A stretch of 64,000 nt of DNA from Octopus vulgaris (Eukaryota): assembly GCA_951406725.2 (NCBI GenBank), contig OX597821.1, positions 103,106,001 through 103,170,000 of the forward strand. The letters run 5' to 3'. Of this stretch, positions 25,744-38,946 are shown one piece after another (position 1 is the stretch's first letter; each line of letters begins with the position of its first letter). Position numbers and translations under genes: made by a program. The notes beneath the pieces are model-generated. The model saw nothing but the letters and a program-made list of their open reading frames with translations. It was not told the origin of the DNA and did not search any database.

Positions 25744-26239
25744 TTCGAAGTTCCTATCCGTTTTAGAAACTTTATTTTTACCGGTGACAATTTTATGTTG
25801 TCGACATCATAAGAATTTAGAAACCTCGATAGAACGTGAACTAATTTGATTTTAACGGTTGAAATCGAAGTAGATGAAGCTAGAAATAATAGCTTATAAT
25901 TATTGAGTTTACGAAAGGTGTTGGTTCGAGTGTTGCCTTCCACTTTTTCTATCCTAATCATGTTGTTTACACGCTATTATTTATAGCTTTATCTACTTCG
26001 AGTTCAACCTTCGAAAATGTTTTTGTTTTTTGTAATTTTACACATTAAATTTTCTAGAAATTTCGTCACTAGAGTGGTTTTAATGGTATTTTTTTTACCA
26101 GTGGGCGGCGACATTATAGAGTTTATTAGAATTCTTTTCAAAGCCAAAAGAAGTAGGATTTAAAAAAGATTTGCATCCGTTTCTAGCAAATCAAGCGACT
26201 ACGCAGAGGTTCCGAAGACTAATTGTGTTTGCATGTAGT

Positions 26240-26760
26240 GGTAGGAATGGCAGCGATGGTGCTGGTGTTAGTGTTTGCAGTTGCGGTGGTGTTGGTGGGG
26301 ATGGTGTTGGTGGGGGTGGTGTTGTTGGTGGTGGTGGTGTTGGTGACGGTGGTGTTGGTGACGGTGGTGTTGGTGGGGATGGTGTTGGTGGGGATTTTGT
26401 TGGTGTTGGTGTGGTGTTGGTGACGGTGGTGTTGGTGACGGTGGTGTTGGTGGCGGTGGTGTTGGTGGGGATGGTGTTGGTGGGGATGGTGTTGGTGGCG
26501 GTGGTGACGATGGTGTTGGTGACGGAGGTGTTGGTGGCGGTGATGTCACGTGTCGGTGGTGTTGGTGTTGGTGGTGGTGGTGGTGTTACTGGCGGTGGTG
26601 TTGATGGGATGGTGATGATGGCGCTAGTTTTGGTGTGGGTGATGTTGATGTTGGGAGCGGTGGCGGTGGTAGTGGTAATGGTATTTAGCGGTGGTGTTGC
26701 CGGAGGTGTTGGTCGAGTTGGTGTTGGTGTTGTTTGTGGTGGCGGCGCTGGTGTTGCCGA
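26240..26760. repeat. Degenerate (GGT/GTT)n low-complexity tract
   Basis: ggtgttggtg-based 15-18 nt subunits. Confidence 0.85.
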
Positions 26761-26848
26761 TTTACTTAGTAACGGTGAGATCAATAAACTAAAATTTCTG
26801 CACTATAATCTATTAAAGTAAAACTACACAACCATTTAAATATTGCTG

Positions 26849-27367
26849 GAAATATAATTAGAAGCGCTGTGGCCTTCATCCCTTTCCTGAAATATAATTA
26901 GAAGCGCTGTGGCCTTCATCCCTTTCCTGAAATATAATTAGAAGCGCTGTGGCCTTCATCCCTTTCCTGAAATATAATTAGAAGCGCTGTTGCCTTCATC
27001 CCTTTCCCGAAATATAATTAGAAGCGCTGTTGCCTTCATCCTTTCCTGAAATATAATTAGAAGCGCTGTGGCCTTCATCCCTTTCCTGAAATATAATTAG
27101 AAGCGCTGTGGCCTTCATCCCTTTCCTGAATATAATTAGAAGCGCTGTGGCCTTCATCCCTTTCCTGAAATATAATTAGAAGCGCTGTTGCCTTCATCCC
27201 TTTCCCGAAATATATAGAAGCGCTGTTGCCTTCATCCCTTTCCTGAAATATAATTAGAAGCGCTGTGCCTTCATCCCTTTCCTGAAATATAATTAGAAGC
27301 GCTGTGGCCTTCATCCCTTTCCTGAAATATAATTAGAAGCGCTGTTGCCTTCATCCCTTTCCCGAAA
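26849..27367. repeat. 40-bp minisatellite, ~13 copies
   Basis: Unit gaaatataattagaagcgctgtKgccttcatccctttccY, head-to-tail without spacers. Confidence 0.95.
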
Positions 27368-27429
27368 TGCATATGTTCCAAATTTGGATGGAGAAACGAA
27401 AAAAAAAAAAAAAATGAATCTACTTTTAT

Positions 27430-27770
27430 TTTCTTCGTTTTACTTCTTTGTCATTCAACTACGGCCATGCTGGGGCATCGTTTTGAAGGTCTTATTTTTT
27501 TAGTCGAACAAATCGCCCAAATCGTACATATTTTACAGTTCGGTACTTATTCTGTCGGGCTCTTTCGTCGAACAGCTACATTACCGGATGTAAACAAACC
27601 AATACCGGATGTCAAACGTTGTGTGGAGAACAAATAGACACAAAAATACACGCACGCCCACTCACGCCCGCGGATAGGGTAGACGCCCCTTGGCCGTAAG
27701 GTGCCACTCAGTGAAATTGAACCTGAAAGTACGTCTTTGCAACGTGATCTTAACTGCACAGCCATACCCG
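27430..27770 (-). mobile_element. SINE family A, old copy
   Basis: cggccatgctggggcatcg...taaggtgccactcagtgaaattgaacc...cacagccat. Confidence 0.65.
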
Positions 27771-28276
27771 CACCTACATCTTAACAAAAACAAAAAAAAA
27801 AAGCGACGATTGTTATTTCAGTACAATATTCAATGTGTCTAAATACAAGACTGGATGGTCACGACTGTAACGGCCTTGATAATTATAAATTAAATAGACG
27901 TATTTTAATAATAACCACATTTGTTTATAAGGAATAATTGTAAGTTTACAGACACGCATTCATGCACAAGTAAGATAACTGAGTGTAACCTAAGAAGAGT
28001 TGCGTCCCTTGAGATGACGTTGTTTAATCGTTTATGTATTTGCTTTGCAAGGATTCTGTTATGAAATCGTGTGTTGAAACAGATATTGTTATCCTTAGGA
28101 ATGGTCATATTGTGTGTGTGTATGTATGTATGTATGTGTGTGTGTGTATGTGTGTGTGTGTGTGTTAATTGGCTAAAAAAGACCACTCTCTGTTATGTAA
28201 CAATAGATTTTAATTTCGTTGTTTCATAGGTATTTGTAGCTACTGTTTCATCTTAAATGTGTGTGTGCGTGACAAA

Positions 28277-28316
<40 letters not shown>

Positions 28317-28785
28317 AGGTGGAGAGAGAGAAAGGGAGGAAGAAAGAGTTGAGTGTGGATGTAAGAAGTTGAGTGTAGATGTTGAGTGTGGATGTTAAGA
28401 AGGATCGATCGAATGTAATAGGAGAGAGAAAAGTATAAACACGAGCGTATACACACACACAGTAAAGCAAGAGGAGAGAGTGAGAGAGAAAGATAATAAA
28501 ATAGAGAAAGAAAGAAGAGAAGAGAAGAGAGAGAGAGAGAGAGAGAGAGGCAGATACAGAGAGAGAACTGTACATGTATTTTAATGAGTGACACACACAC
28601 ACACATACAGACGCGCACGCACACACACACACCCATGCACATAAAAAAATAACAGAGTGTATGTATGAAGAAAAAGAAGGAAAAGGACAACATCAACAGC
28701 AACATTTTGTCATGAAAGAGAAATATATATATATATACAAACACACAGACACAGACACACACATATATATATATATGTATGTATG

Positions 28786-28855
<70 letters not shown>

Positions 28856-28859
<4 letters not shown>

Positions 28860-29049
28860 GAGATATTAGCCAACTGAATATGGCTAGGGACAGGGCAGGG
28901 TGGTGGGGGTGTCACTGTTGCATTTAGCCCCAAAATGCAACAGTGACACCCCCACCACCCTGCCCTGTCCCTAGCCATATTCAGTTGGCTAATATCTCTT
29001 ATATTATGGAGCAGTCACTGTCTATATCTCATTTAGAGAATTATTATTG

Positions 29050-29050
<1 letters not shown>
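28856..29050. repeat. Perfect 70-bp-arm hairpin plus one-sided tail, embedded in (TA)n
   Basis: 28856-28925 is the exact reverse complement of 28933-29002 (7-nt loop); 29003-29050 is unpaired. Confidence 0.9.
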
Positions 29051-29096
<46 letters not shown>

Positions 29097-29369
29097 AACA
29101 CACAGACACACACACACATATACATATGTATGTATGTATGGATATATATATATATATATATTTTTTTTTTTTGATATAGAAACAAAGGCGTAGAAAGTAT
29201 CATATATACCCACCCCAGGTGATTATGAGGTCTCAGATAAATAGTGTTCAATACTTATAGAGTATACTGTGTATGCAGTTACTCTCATTTTCCCCCTGTA
29301 ACCCTTTGTGGGGAGACGACAAAATTACAATATTTTCGAAAAATCTGCCTTCTTCACAAGATTCATGCA

Positions 29370-30200
29370 AGCGATCATTTAGACGAACGGTTATTGCGTC
29401 GGGTAAAATGTTCAGCTGCATTTGTTGCGGCTCATTGCATTCTGAGTTCAAGTTCTGCTGAGAGCGACTTACTCTTTTATCCTTTTTGTACCAGTTGAGC
29501 ACCGGGATCGATTAAAATGACTAGCTCACGCCCCATAAAATTGCAGGCCTTGTGCTAAAATCTGATATCACTATATATGCCCTTAAGGCGGCGAGCCGGG
29601 CGAAATGCTTAGCCGTATTTCGCCTGCGTATTTCGTTACGTTCTGAGTTCAAATTCCGCCGAGGTCGACTTTGCCTTTCATTCTTTCGGGCTCGATTAAA
29701 TAAGTACCAGTTACGCACTGGGGTCGATATAATCGACTTAATCCGTTTGTCTGTCCTTGTTTGTCCCCTCTGTGTTTAGCCCCTTGTGGGTAGTAAGGAA
29801 ATAGGTATTTCGTCTGTCGCGCGTTGTGAGTTCAAATTCCGCCGCGGTCCACTTTGCCTTTCATCCTTTTTGTACTCGTTGAGCATCGGGGTCGTTTTAA
29901 ATAACAAGCTCACACCCCATAGAATCGCTGGCCTTTAGCCTATGGCAGAAAGGATCGTTATATAGGACCGTAAGGCGGCAGTGGCAAGCTGGCAGAACCT
30001 TTAGCACGTCGGGGGAAATGCTTAGCGGTATTTCGTCTGTCGCTACGTTTTGAGTTCAAATTCTGCCGAGGTCGACTTTGCCTTTCATCCTTTCGGGGTC
30101 GATAAATTAAGCACCAGCGAAACACTGGGGTCGATGTAATCGGCTAGTCCCCTCCCCACCAAAAATACGGCCCTTGTGGCAAAATTTGAAACCATTATAT
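29370..30200 (+). mobile_element. Tandem cluster of SINE family B copies
   Basis: Four tgagttcaa...cttttatcc/tttcatYc bodies at ~29440, 29640, 29825 and 30050. Confidence 0.8.
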
Positions 30201-31418
30201 AGGTCCATGGTTCATAAACAAGGCTGTTTCTCTCTCACACTCCCCACTTCTATCTCTCCCTCCAGATCGAACAGAAGTAAAATAGTATTATTTCATTCAT
30301 TCATTCATTCATTCATTCATTCATTCATTCATTCATTCATTTATTTATTCATTCATTTATCCTTCGACGTCGTTGAACATCCATTCCCATATAAAACGTG
30401 ACTCGCAAACCTTCGTTCGGGTGATTTTCCTGAGTAGCCATCTCACCCTTGCGTCCTAATCCGTTACAAGGCTCCCAATTCGCAACTGAATGGACTGGAA
30501 TAACGTGGAATAAAGTGCTCTGCTCAAGAACACAGCGCAGAGCGAGTCTGGGAATCGAAACCACAATTTCAGGATCGCAAAATCCCAGTCGCTAGGCCAC
30601 TTGCCTTTACCACACATATTAAGCAGCAAATCTGTCTGTGTGTTAGATACATATACATATCATAATCCGGTTTGTTTTTCTCGACCTCTCTTTTACATCA
30701 TACACACACACATACACACGCAAACGCACACACATACACAAAAAACGCACACACATACACACACGCACACACACACACACACACACTCAAACGCACACAC
30801 ATACACACAGGCACACACACGTACACACATATACATACGTACACACACACACAGACGCACACATATATATATATGGATGCAACAGGCTTCAACACAGTTT
30901 CCGTCAACGACATTCACTCACAAGGCATTGTTTGGGCCGGGGCAATAGTAAAACACATTTGTCATAGGCGTCGTGCAGTAGGACTGAACCCGAATCATGA
31001 CGCTGTGAAGCAAGTTTCTTAGCCACACAATCATCGCGTGAAATATTCAGAATTTGATTATGAAAAGATATTTCAAAAGATTAAGAATTTCTATCTTTTC
31101 CTTCACAGGATGTAAAAAGAAAAGGACATGAAGAATTTGGTAACCTTTAACTTATATTGATAAAATACTTGGTTTATTTGATAAGAAGTTAAATTACCTG
31201 CAGATGTAAATTCTCTGCCAATGTGTATTTACACTGCCAAGTTTTCGCAATTCGAAGGCAAAACGTCTTATCGTAAATATATTGGTGTTGGAAAGACAGG
31301 AATATACTTATCTCTGTCATCTCTCAGTGTGGGAGGAAACCGCTAATATGTCTGTAACTTTCCGATGTGTTTCTCCACGTTGATTTAATAATCAAATTTA
31401 ACAGTTATCTTCTCTATA

Positions 31419-31464
31419 ATCATAGACAGACTGTTTCGAAAAATTTCTTTCTCATCAGTGTGAT
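31419..31464 (-). ncRNA. Type I hammerhead ribozyme, fully canonical core
   Basis: Minus: ATCACA-CTGATGA-GAAAG-aaat-TTTTC-GAA-ACAG-t-CTGT-C-TATGAT. GUC triplet, stems I (one mismatch), II and III all present. Confidence 0.75.
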
Positions 31465-31630
31465 GCAGTCCCAGAAGAAAACGAAAAAGTTTGAAACAGA
31501 CTGTCTGTGATTGGAAATTAGATAAACAATGAATTACGAGAAATGTAATATTAATTATATGTCTCAAAATTAACGTATTAATAACCTTCAATTATTTTTT
31601 AAAATAGAATCCGAAAAAGAGAAAGTGAGT

Positions 31631-31663
<33 letters not shown>

Positions 31664-32259
31664 GGAGAGAAGGAGAGAGAGATGAGAGAGACAGAGAGAG
31701 TGAAAACTTATAAAATGAGTGTAACAAAGATTCTCGCTTTTGCAGAGAATGGTTAATGGGAAAAGATTTACGTTAAGGATTCATGACCAAACAAGGAAGT
31801 GAAGGTTCTCATTTTTTATTGGTGGTGGTCACGAACATGGAATCTCTGAGACGACATTCTTAGAAATTCAGCATATAGAAACTTGTAGAAAAGTAGAGAA
31901 TGTCCGATGGTTTTCAATGCGCATAGAAATAACCGAGATTCCTAAATTTTCATCCTCGAAGTCTACATACGCACACGAACAGAGAAGCAAACAAACTATG
32001 GGATGTTGTTTCTACGATTCTTCTACTGTTTCATTTGCTCTAAACCTAATTTCATTCTCACGGGATGGGTCCGTCTGGGGTTATAGAAAATATTATTCAC
32101 ACATGATATCAAGCAACGGAATCAAACCTAAAACCTCGTTGTTATAAAGCAAAGTTCATAACCTTTAAGGCATTCGGCCGTATTGCACCTGGCTACACGT
32201 ATATTTACGCACCTGTACAATAAGTGAAAACGTTAATCGCTCTATAACAGATATACGGC

Positions 32260-32972
32260 ACACGATTGTAAGGTCGTAAGTTCGATTCTCGGCGACGCGT
32301 TGTGTTCTTGAGCAAGACACTTTATTTCACATTGCTCCAGTCCACCCAGTTGGCAAAAATGAGTAGTACTGGTATTTCAAAGAGCCAGCCTTGTCACACT
32401 CTGTGTCACGCTGAATCTCCCTGAGAACTGCGTTAAAGGTACACGTGTCTATGGAGGGCTCAGCCACTTGCACGTTAATTTCACGATCTGTTACTCTTTT
32501 ACTCTTTTTACTTGTTTCAGTCATTTGACTGCGGCCATGCTAGAGCACCGCCTTTAATCGAGCAACTCAACCCCGGGACTTATTCTTTGTAAGCCTAGTA
32601 CTTATTTTATCGGTCTCTTTTGCCGAACCGCTAAGTGACGGGTACATAAACACACCAGCGTCGGTTGTCAAGCAATGCTAGGGGGACAAACACAGACACA
32701 CAAACATACACGCATACATATATATATATATATGTATACATATATACGACGGGCTTCTTTCAGTTTCCGTCTACCAAATCCACTCACAAGGCTTTGGTCG
32801 GCCCGAGGCTATAGTAGAAGACACTTGCCCAAGGTGCCACGCAGTGGGACTGAACCCGGAACCATGTGGTTGGTAAGCAAGCTACTTACCGCACAGCCAC
32901 TCCTGGCCTGTTGTTTAAGTTCTGTTGATCGCATCAGCAGGTTCCCTCGTCGTTGTAACCGACGGAGTGCTC
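32260..32972 (+). mobile_element. SINE family C split by a family A insertion
   Basis: Family C 32260-32490 resumes at ~32905-32972 (gttgatcg...cgacggagtg). Confidence 0.75.
32492..32903 (-). mobile_element. SINE family A, young full-length copy
   Basis: Reverse complement of 2090-2505 with high identity. Confidence 0.9.
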
Positions 32973-33005
32973 CTTCTTCACACACACATTCGCACACGTA
33001 TCCAT

Positions 33006-33041
<36 letters not shown>

Positions 33042-33195
33042 CTCTCTCCTTTTCTTTCTGTTTCTTTTCTCTCTCACATTGAATGTATAAAATATAGACA
33101 TATTTCTCCATTTTATATATTAATAAGAATAGTTGCATTAAAATAATATACGTACGTCACAAAGACGAAAAAATATATATAATTCATAAAGACGC

Positions 33196-33231
<36 letters not shown>

Positions 33232-33350
33232 ATATAAATATATTTATATTTATAAATACATACATATATGCATACATACATACATACATATATATATATG
33301 TTATATATATATATTTATATATATACATATATATACATATATACATATAT

Positions 33351-33447
<97 letters not shown>

Positions 33448-33737
33448 GATACTATTTAATTCAATATTTAATTATTTATTTCAATATGTATACACCAATT
33501 GCTTTTTCAGCAGCTATCCCATTTGCCTTATGTTTTATATTATATTATAATAATATAATGTAATAATAATGACGATAATAATAATATAATTATCACCTTG
33601 AACTTATCTCATTCTATTGAGTCAGCTTGTTTAGCTTTCATGAAAATACCCACCACTTATATCTGAGAAATACCATATACACTCGCACACTTTCACACAC
33701 ACTGATGCGCACGCACACACACACACACAGACAGACA

Positions 33738-33812
<75 letters not shown>

Positions 33813-34383
33813 ACGCACGCACGCACGCAAACTCCAATCATACACAGTTAAGAATCGTTATTGGTTCAGTACTTAATGTAATGTTGCCAACAATTCTGCG
33901 AATGCAATCTTATGTTTGATGTTAGATGAACGAACGAGGAATACGTAATTATTCTCTGAAGAAATTATCTGTTGAGTTCTTCAGAGCCGAACTTTATTTT
34001 AATATTATTCGCATTGATCATCATCACCATCATCGTCGTTGTCGTCGTCGTCATCATCATCATCATCTTAGCATCATTATCATTTCACCACCACCACCAC
34101 CACCACCACCACCACCACCACCACCACCACCACCGTATATTCAAACACATACACACGTACTTTCACATTATCATCATTATCGTCACCATCCGTCGTCGTC
34201 ATCATCATCATCATCGTCATCACACTCATCGCCGTCGTCATCGTCATCATCATGATCAACATCGTCACCAACATCATGCTCATCGTCATAGTATTTGTGG
34301 TCGTTATCATCATCATCATCGTTGTCATCATCATCATCATCGTCATCATCATCATCATCATCATCATCATCGTCATCATCATT

Positions 34384-34431
<48 letters not shown>

Positions 34432-35361
34432 GTCATCATCATTATCATCATCAGCCACGTCTCCATCAACAAAATTAAGTATGAGATATTCAGTTATGTA
34501 AAATATTCAAACTCGTACACACATACACACATGCGCGCACGCACACACGCACACACGCTCACACATACACACAATTCTCCTAATAAGCCATTTCCCGGAT
34601 GACAAATTGAATTGAGATACTGGCAAATTTTATTTAAATGTATCTCTCTACATAAACGCACCCGTAGTAACAAGATTTAGACAACCCACTAACCAGTCAA
34701 TCCATCCCTCCATCCATTCGTCCGTCCATCCATCCATCCATCCATCCATCCATCAATCCATCCATCCATCCATCCATTCGTCCGTTCATCTATCTGTCTG
34801 TCTGTCTGTCCGTCCATCCATCCATCCATCCATCCATCCATCAATCCATCCATCCATCCATCCATCCATTCGTCCGTTCATCTATCTGTCTGTCTGTCTG
34901 TCCGTCCATCCATCCATCCATGCATCCAGCCAGCCATCAAACCATCCATTCCCCTTCATCCATTCATCCATACGTATGTCCGTCCATCCATGCATCCATC
35001 CATCCATCCATCCATCCATCCATCCATCCATCCATCCATCCATTCGTCCATTCATCCACCTGTCTGTCTGTCTGTCTGTCCGTCCGTCCATTCATCCATT
35101 CATCCGTTCGTCCGTTCATCCGTTCGTCCGTCCGTCCATCCATCCATCCCTACTGAAAGGATAAAAAGCAAAGTCGACCTGGACGGAATTTGAACTCAGA
35201 ACATAAGAATGGACGAAATGCCAGCTTGCCACCTTCCATCATATTATTACCATGAAGTGTAATCTCTCTTGGGGTTTGTAATTGTTGTCTCATGCCACAT
35301 CTAGAAGGTTACGCATTTGAATTTCAAGAGCAGGAGTTAGAACTGAACTAACGAAGGAACA

Positions 35362-35706
35362 TCATCATCATCATCATTGTTCGACCGTGGTCGAGACAAT
35401 GGAATTTACTATGCTACGCCAGACTTCACGGTCCATCATGGCATTACGGAGGTCCTGTTGCTGGATGCCTGTATCCCTGGAGATTGCATCAGGGTAGGAG
35501 AGTGTGCGCCCTCAGGTACTGCGAGTAGATGGCTTCCAGAGGAGAAGAGTAGAAATTATCTCTTTTTCAGCTCTACAATGATTCTCTCTCCAATGCCCAG
35601 TCTCTTTTACAATCTCTTGAACAGGCCTCAAATTGTGTAGGTCTTTACCTCAATGAGGCCAAGACTGAATACATAAACAAGTGCCTGTCCAACAGTGATT
35701 GCATCA
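35362..35706 (-). mobile_element. RTE-like LINE 3' end with inverted 5' segment
   Basis: Minus 35578-35362: ...LLLWKP...LSYPDAISRDTG...AMMDREVWRSIV...* + (TGA)n. Plus 35579-35700: AQSLLQSLEQASNCVGLYLNEAKTEY (RT). TSD aacgaaggaaca 35350-35361 and 35707-35718. Confidence 0.8.
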
Positions 35707-35858
35707 AACGAAGGAACAAATGGGATAATGAAACGGTCCATCTCCAAATGTACAACCACGAATGACAATGAAGTCACTTATCTCAAGGAGACACTGCGCA
35801 TGTAATCAGCCACTTCCAAAAAATGCCTTTGATGTTATTACTTCCCATGGGGACTCCC

Positions 35859-36336
<478 letters not shown>

Positions 36337-36424
36337 CCTGAAGTTGTGGCTAAAAAGATATACATGGCCATCACTCAAAATAGATTTGCTCAAGAGGAAT
36401 TCAGTCGCCTACAACGACGAGTTT

Positions 36425-36670
36425 GCTCGTAAAATTAACATGTGGCTGACCACTCCACAGACACGCGTTCATTTAATGTATTTCTAAGGGAGGTTCATTG
36501 TAACACAAAATGTGACAAGGCTGGCTTCTTTGAATTACTGGTACTACTCAGTTTTGCCAACTGAGTGGACTGGAGCTACGTGAAATAAGGTGTCTTGCTC
36601 AAGGACACAGCGCGCCGCTAGGAATCGAACTCACGACCTTACGATTTTGAACTAAATATCCTAGTCACTA
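36425..36670 (-). mobile_element. SINE family C
   Basis: gtgtcttgctcaaggacacagcgcgccgctaggaatcgaactcacgacc. Confidence 0.75.
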
Positions 36671-36886
36671 ACCTATAATACTCGAAATGAGTAGATAGAC
36701 AGCCAACAACTGATGAAGAGTTCTTTTTCTGCGTTAACTTGCTGTTTTCCATTTTTTATCGTTTGTTTACGTATTTCACACGTTTTTTTTTATATCCTGT
36801 AACTACTATCCATGTCTTGTATCTATCTCTCATGTGTATGTTATTTACACCGTTGGTGACGTCCTTTACTCATTTATGTATGCTTA

Positions 36887-36937
<51 letters not shown>

Positions 36938-36940
<3 letters not shown>

Positions 36941-37090
36941 GATGGTCTTCTCTCAGTTTTTCGTCTACCAAATCTACTCACAAGGATTCGGCCGGCCCGA
37001 GGCTATAATTGAAGACACTGCCACGCGGTGGGACTGAACTCGGAACCATGTGGTATGTGGTTGGGAAACAAGCTTCTTACCACACAGTCA
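36938..37090 (-). mobile_element. SINE family A head fragment
   Basis: tctaccaaatctactcacaagg...gggactgaactcggaaccatgtgg. Confidence 0.7.
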
Positions 37091-37370
37091 CGCTGATATA
37101 TATATACACACACACACATATCTCTCTCTATATATATATATGTGTATGTATGTATGTATGTATGTATGTATGTATGTATGTATGTATGTATATCAACTAA
37201 TTTTATGCTCATTACACGGAGTTATTTTTTGTCTAATTTCTCTGTCACACTGAAATTGCTTTACAACGGGAGATCATTCGCATCTTTATGAAAGCATTTA
37301 TTTATTTGTTTATACACACGCGGATTGGCTGAAAAGTTCATAGGCTGATCAAAATACGTTATGAAATAAA

Positions 37371-37423
37371 CACACCAGCATCAGTTGTCAAGCGATGTTG
37401 GGGGGACAAACACGGACACACAA

Positions 37424-37488
<65 letters not shown>

Positions 37489-37626
37489 TACGACGGGCTT
37501 CTTTCAGTTTCTGTCTACCAAATCTACTCACAAGGGTTTGGTCGGCCTGAGGCTATAGTAGAAGACACTTGCCCCACGTGCCACGCAGTGGGACTAAACC
37601 CAGAACCATGTGGTTGGTAAGAAAGC
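37371..37626 (-). mobile_element. Internal fragment of SINE family A flanked by a 16-bp duplication
   Basis: tacgttatgaaataaa at 37355-37370 and 37627-37642; lacks both SINE ends. Confidence 0.85.
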
Positions 37627-37727
37627 TACGTTATGAAATAAAGTGTGTTGCACAATCCATTTACTGTTATTCATATTTTTGTATAAATTATACAGGTGTC
37701 ACCGAATTGCAAATGTATATCCAGTGA

Positions 37728-38946
37728 TACGAAGGTCAGCTGAATGGTTCATAGGTTGTGTCGTGGAATGTGACCAAATGAGGTTTATTTGTGAACAGAA
37801 CACCCTCTTGCGTGCCAATTCTTTCGACGGTGTTGCAGTGCTTGAATCCCACAGATAAAGAAGCTTTCATTTTCTTGGTAAATGGTCATCAATAGCAGAC
37901 GTGACGTCATCCTCACTGCGAAACTGGTCCGGAGCCAAGTCTTTCTTTCATGTTGGGAAACTGATGATAGTCAGATAGGGCCGAATGAGGAGAACAGGGA
38001 GGGCGATCAACCAGTTCAAAGCCACAGCAAGGACTTGCGTACTGGAGATTTGTCCAGAGGAAACAAAACCCCTTCCGACAGTTTTCCCCGGGAATTTGGT
38101 CTTGACAGCCTTTCGTAGCTACCTAAGCAAGTTGGCATATTACTCTCCATTGATGGTGTGGCTATTTTGAAGATAGCCAACATTCCAAAAAACTGAAGTC
38201 ATCACTTTCCTTGTGGATGAAACGACCTTCACCTTCTTTGGATCAGGTGAGGATGGGTATTTCCACTGTATGGATTGTCTCTCTCTGTCTCTGGCTCAAA
38301 GTGATGAACTCAACACTCATCCTGGGTTAGGGAGCGGTCAAGGAAATCAGCTTGGTCTATCTCAAACCATGCCAAATTTCCCCGCTTTGTGATCACCCTG
38401 GTGCGTTTTTGATCAGGTGTTAGAAGGCTTGGCACTCACCAAAAGAAGACTTCGCCTTGCCAAGTTCATTGAGCAGAATATTATCAACTGTTTCATCGGG
38501 TATGCTAATAGCATTGGCTATTTGATATATAGTCCATCGCTTGTCCACCATCACATTGTGGTGAACACGATCAATGTTTTCCTCGGTGGTAGAAGTTGGC
38601 GGACCTTGCAGCATCTTCAAGAGTCTCCTACCTTCTATATTTAACTGCTTACTTTTGCACTGTTGATAAGGCTGGAACGTCACTCCACAATATAGCAACG
38701 ATGTCTGGATGAATGTTGTTGGTGGGTAAAGCCATATTCTGTAGGAAGTTGATAACGCCACGATGTAAAATGTTGTCTGTTTTCAAGAGAAGTCTGCTAT
38801 TTACATTCGAAGTCTTCTTTGAACAGTCGGATGGAAAGAAGCAAATAGGTTATTAATAAGAAGGGTTGAAATTAATGCATGCAAGACTTCATAGCTCTAG
38901 CACTACTTCTTCAAAGTCAGCCTATGAACATTTTAGTCCACCCTCG
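37728..38946 (-). mobile_element. Decayed full-span mariner transposon
   Basis: TIRs CGAAGGTCAGCTGAATGGTTCATAGG / CCTATGAACATTTTAGTCCACCCTCG. Minus-strand remnants PTSTTEENIDRVHH...IANAISI, VPSLLTPDQK, TQDEC*VHHFEPE and GIQALQHR. An extra TIR sits at ~37317-37348. Confidence 0.85.

Noticed and set aside
26191-26784. Mucin-like Thr/Pro ORF
   Set aside because: Degenerate trinucleotide tract open in several frames; no supporting splice or start context.
26849-27367. CRISPR-like array
   Set aside because: Units are head-to-tail with no unique spacers, no cas genes, eukaryotic context.
31110-31140. Possible 31-nt microexon (cacag|GATGTA...TTTG|gtaacc)
   Set aside because: Gives an immediate stop if joined to the phase-2 exon at 18363; no other support.
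36705-36740. CTGATGA motif (also 7422-7428 and within the MITEs at ~852 and ~16095)
   Set aside because: No downstream stem II plus GAAA.
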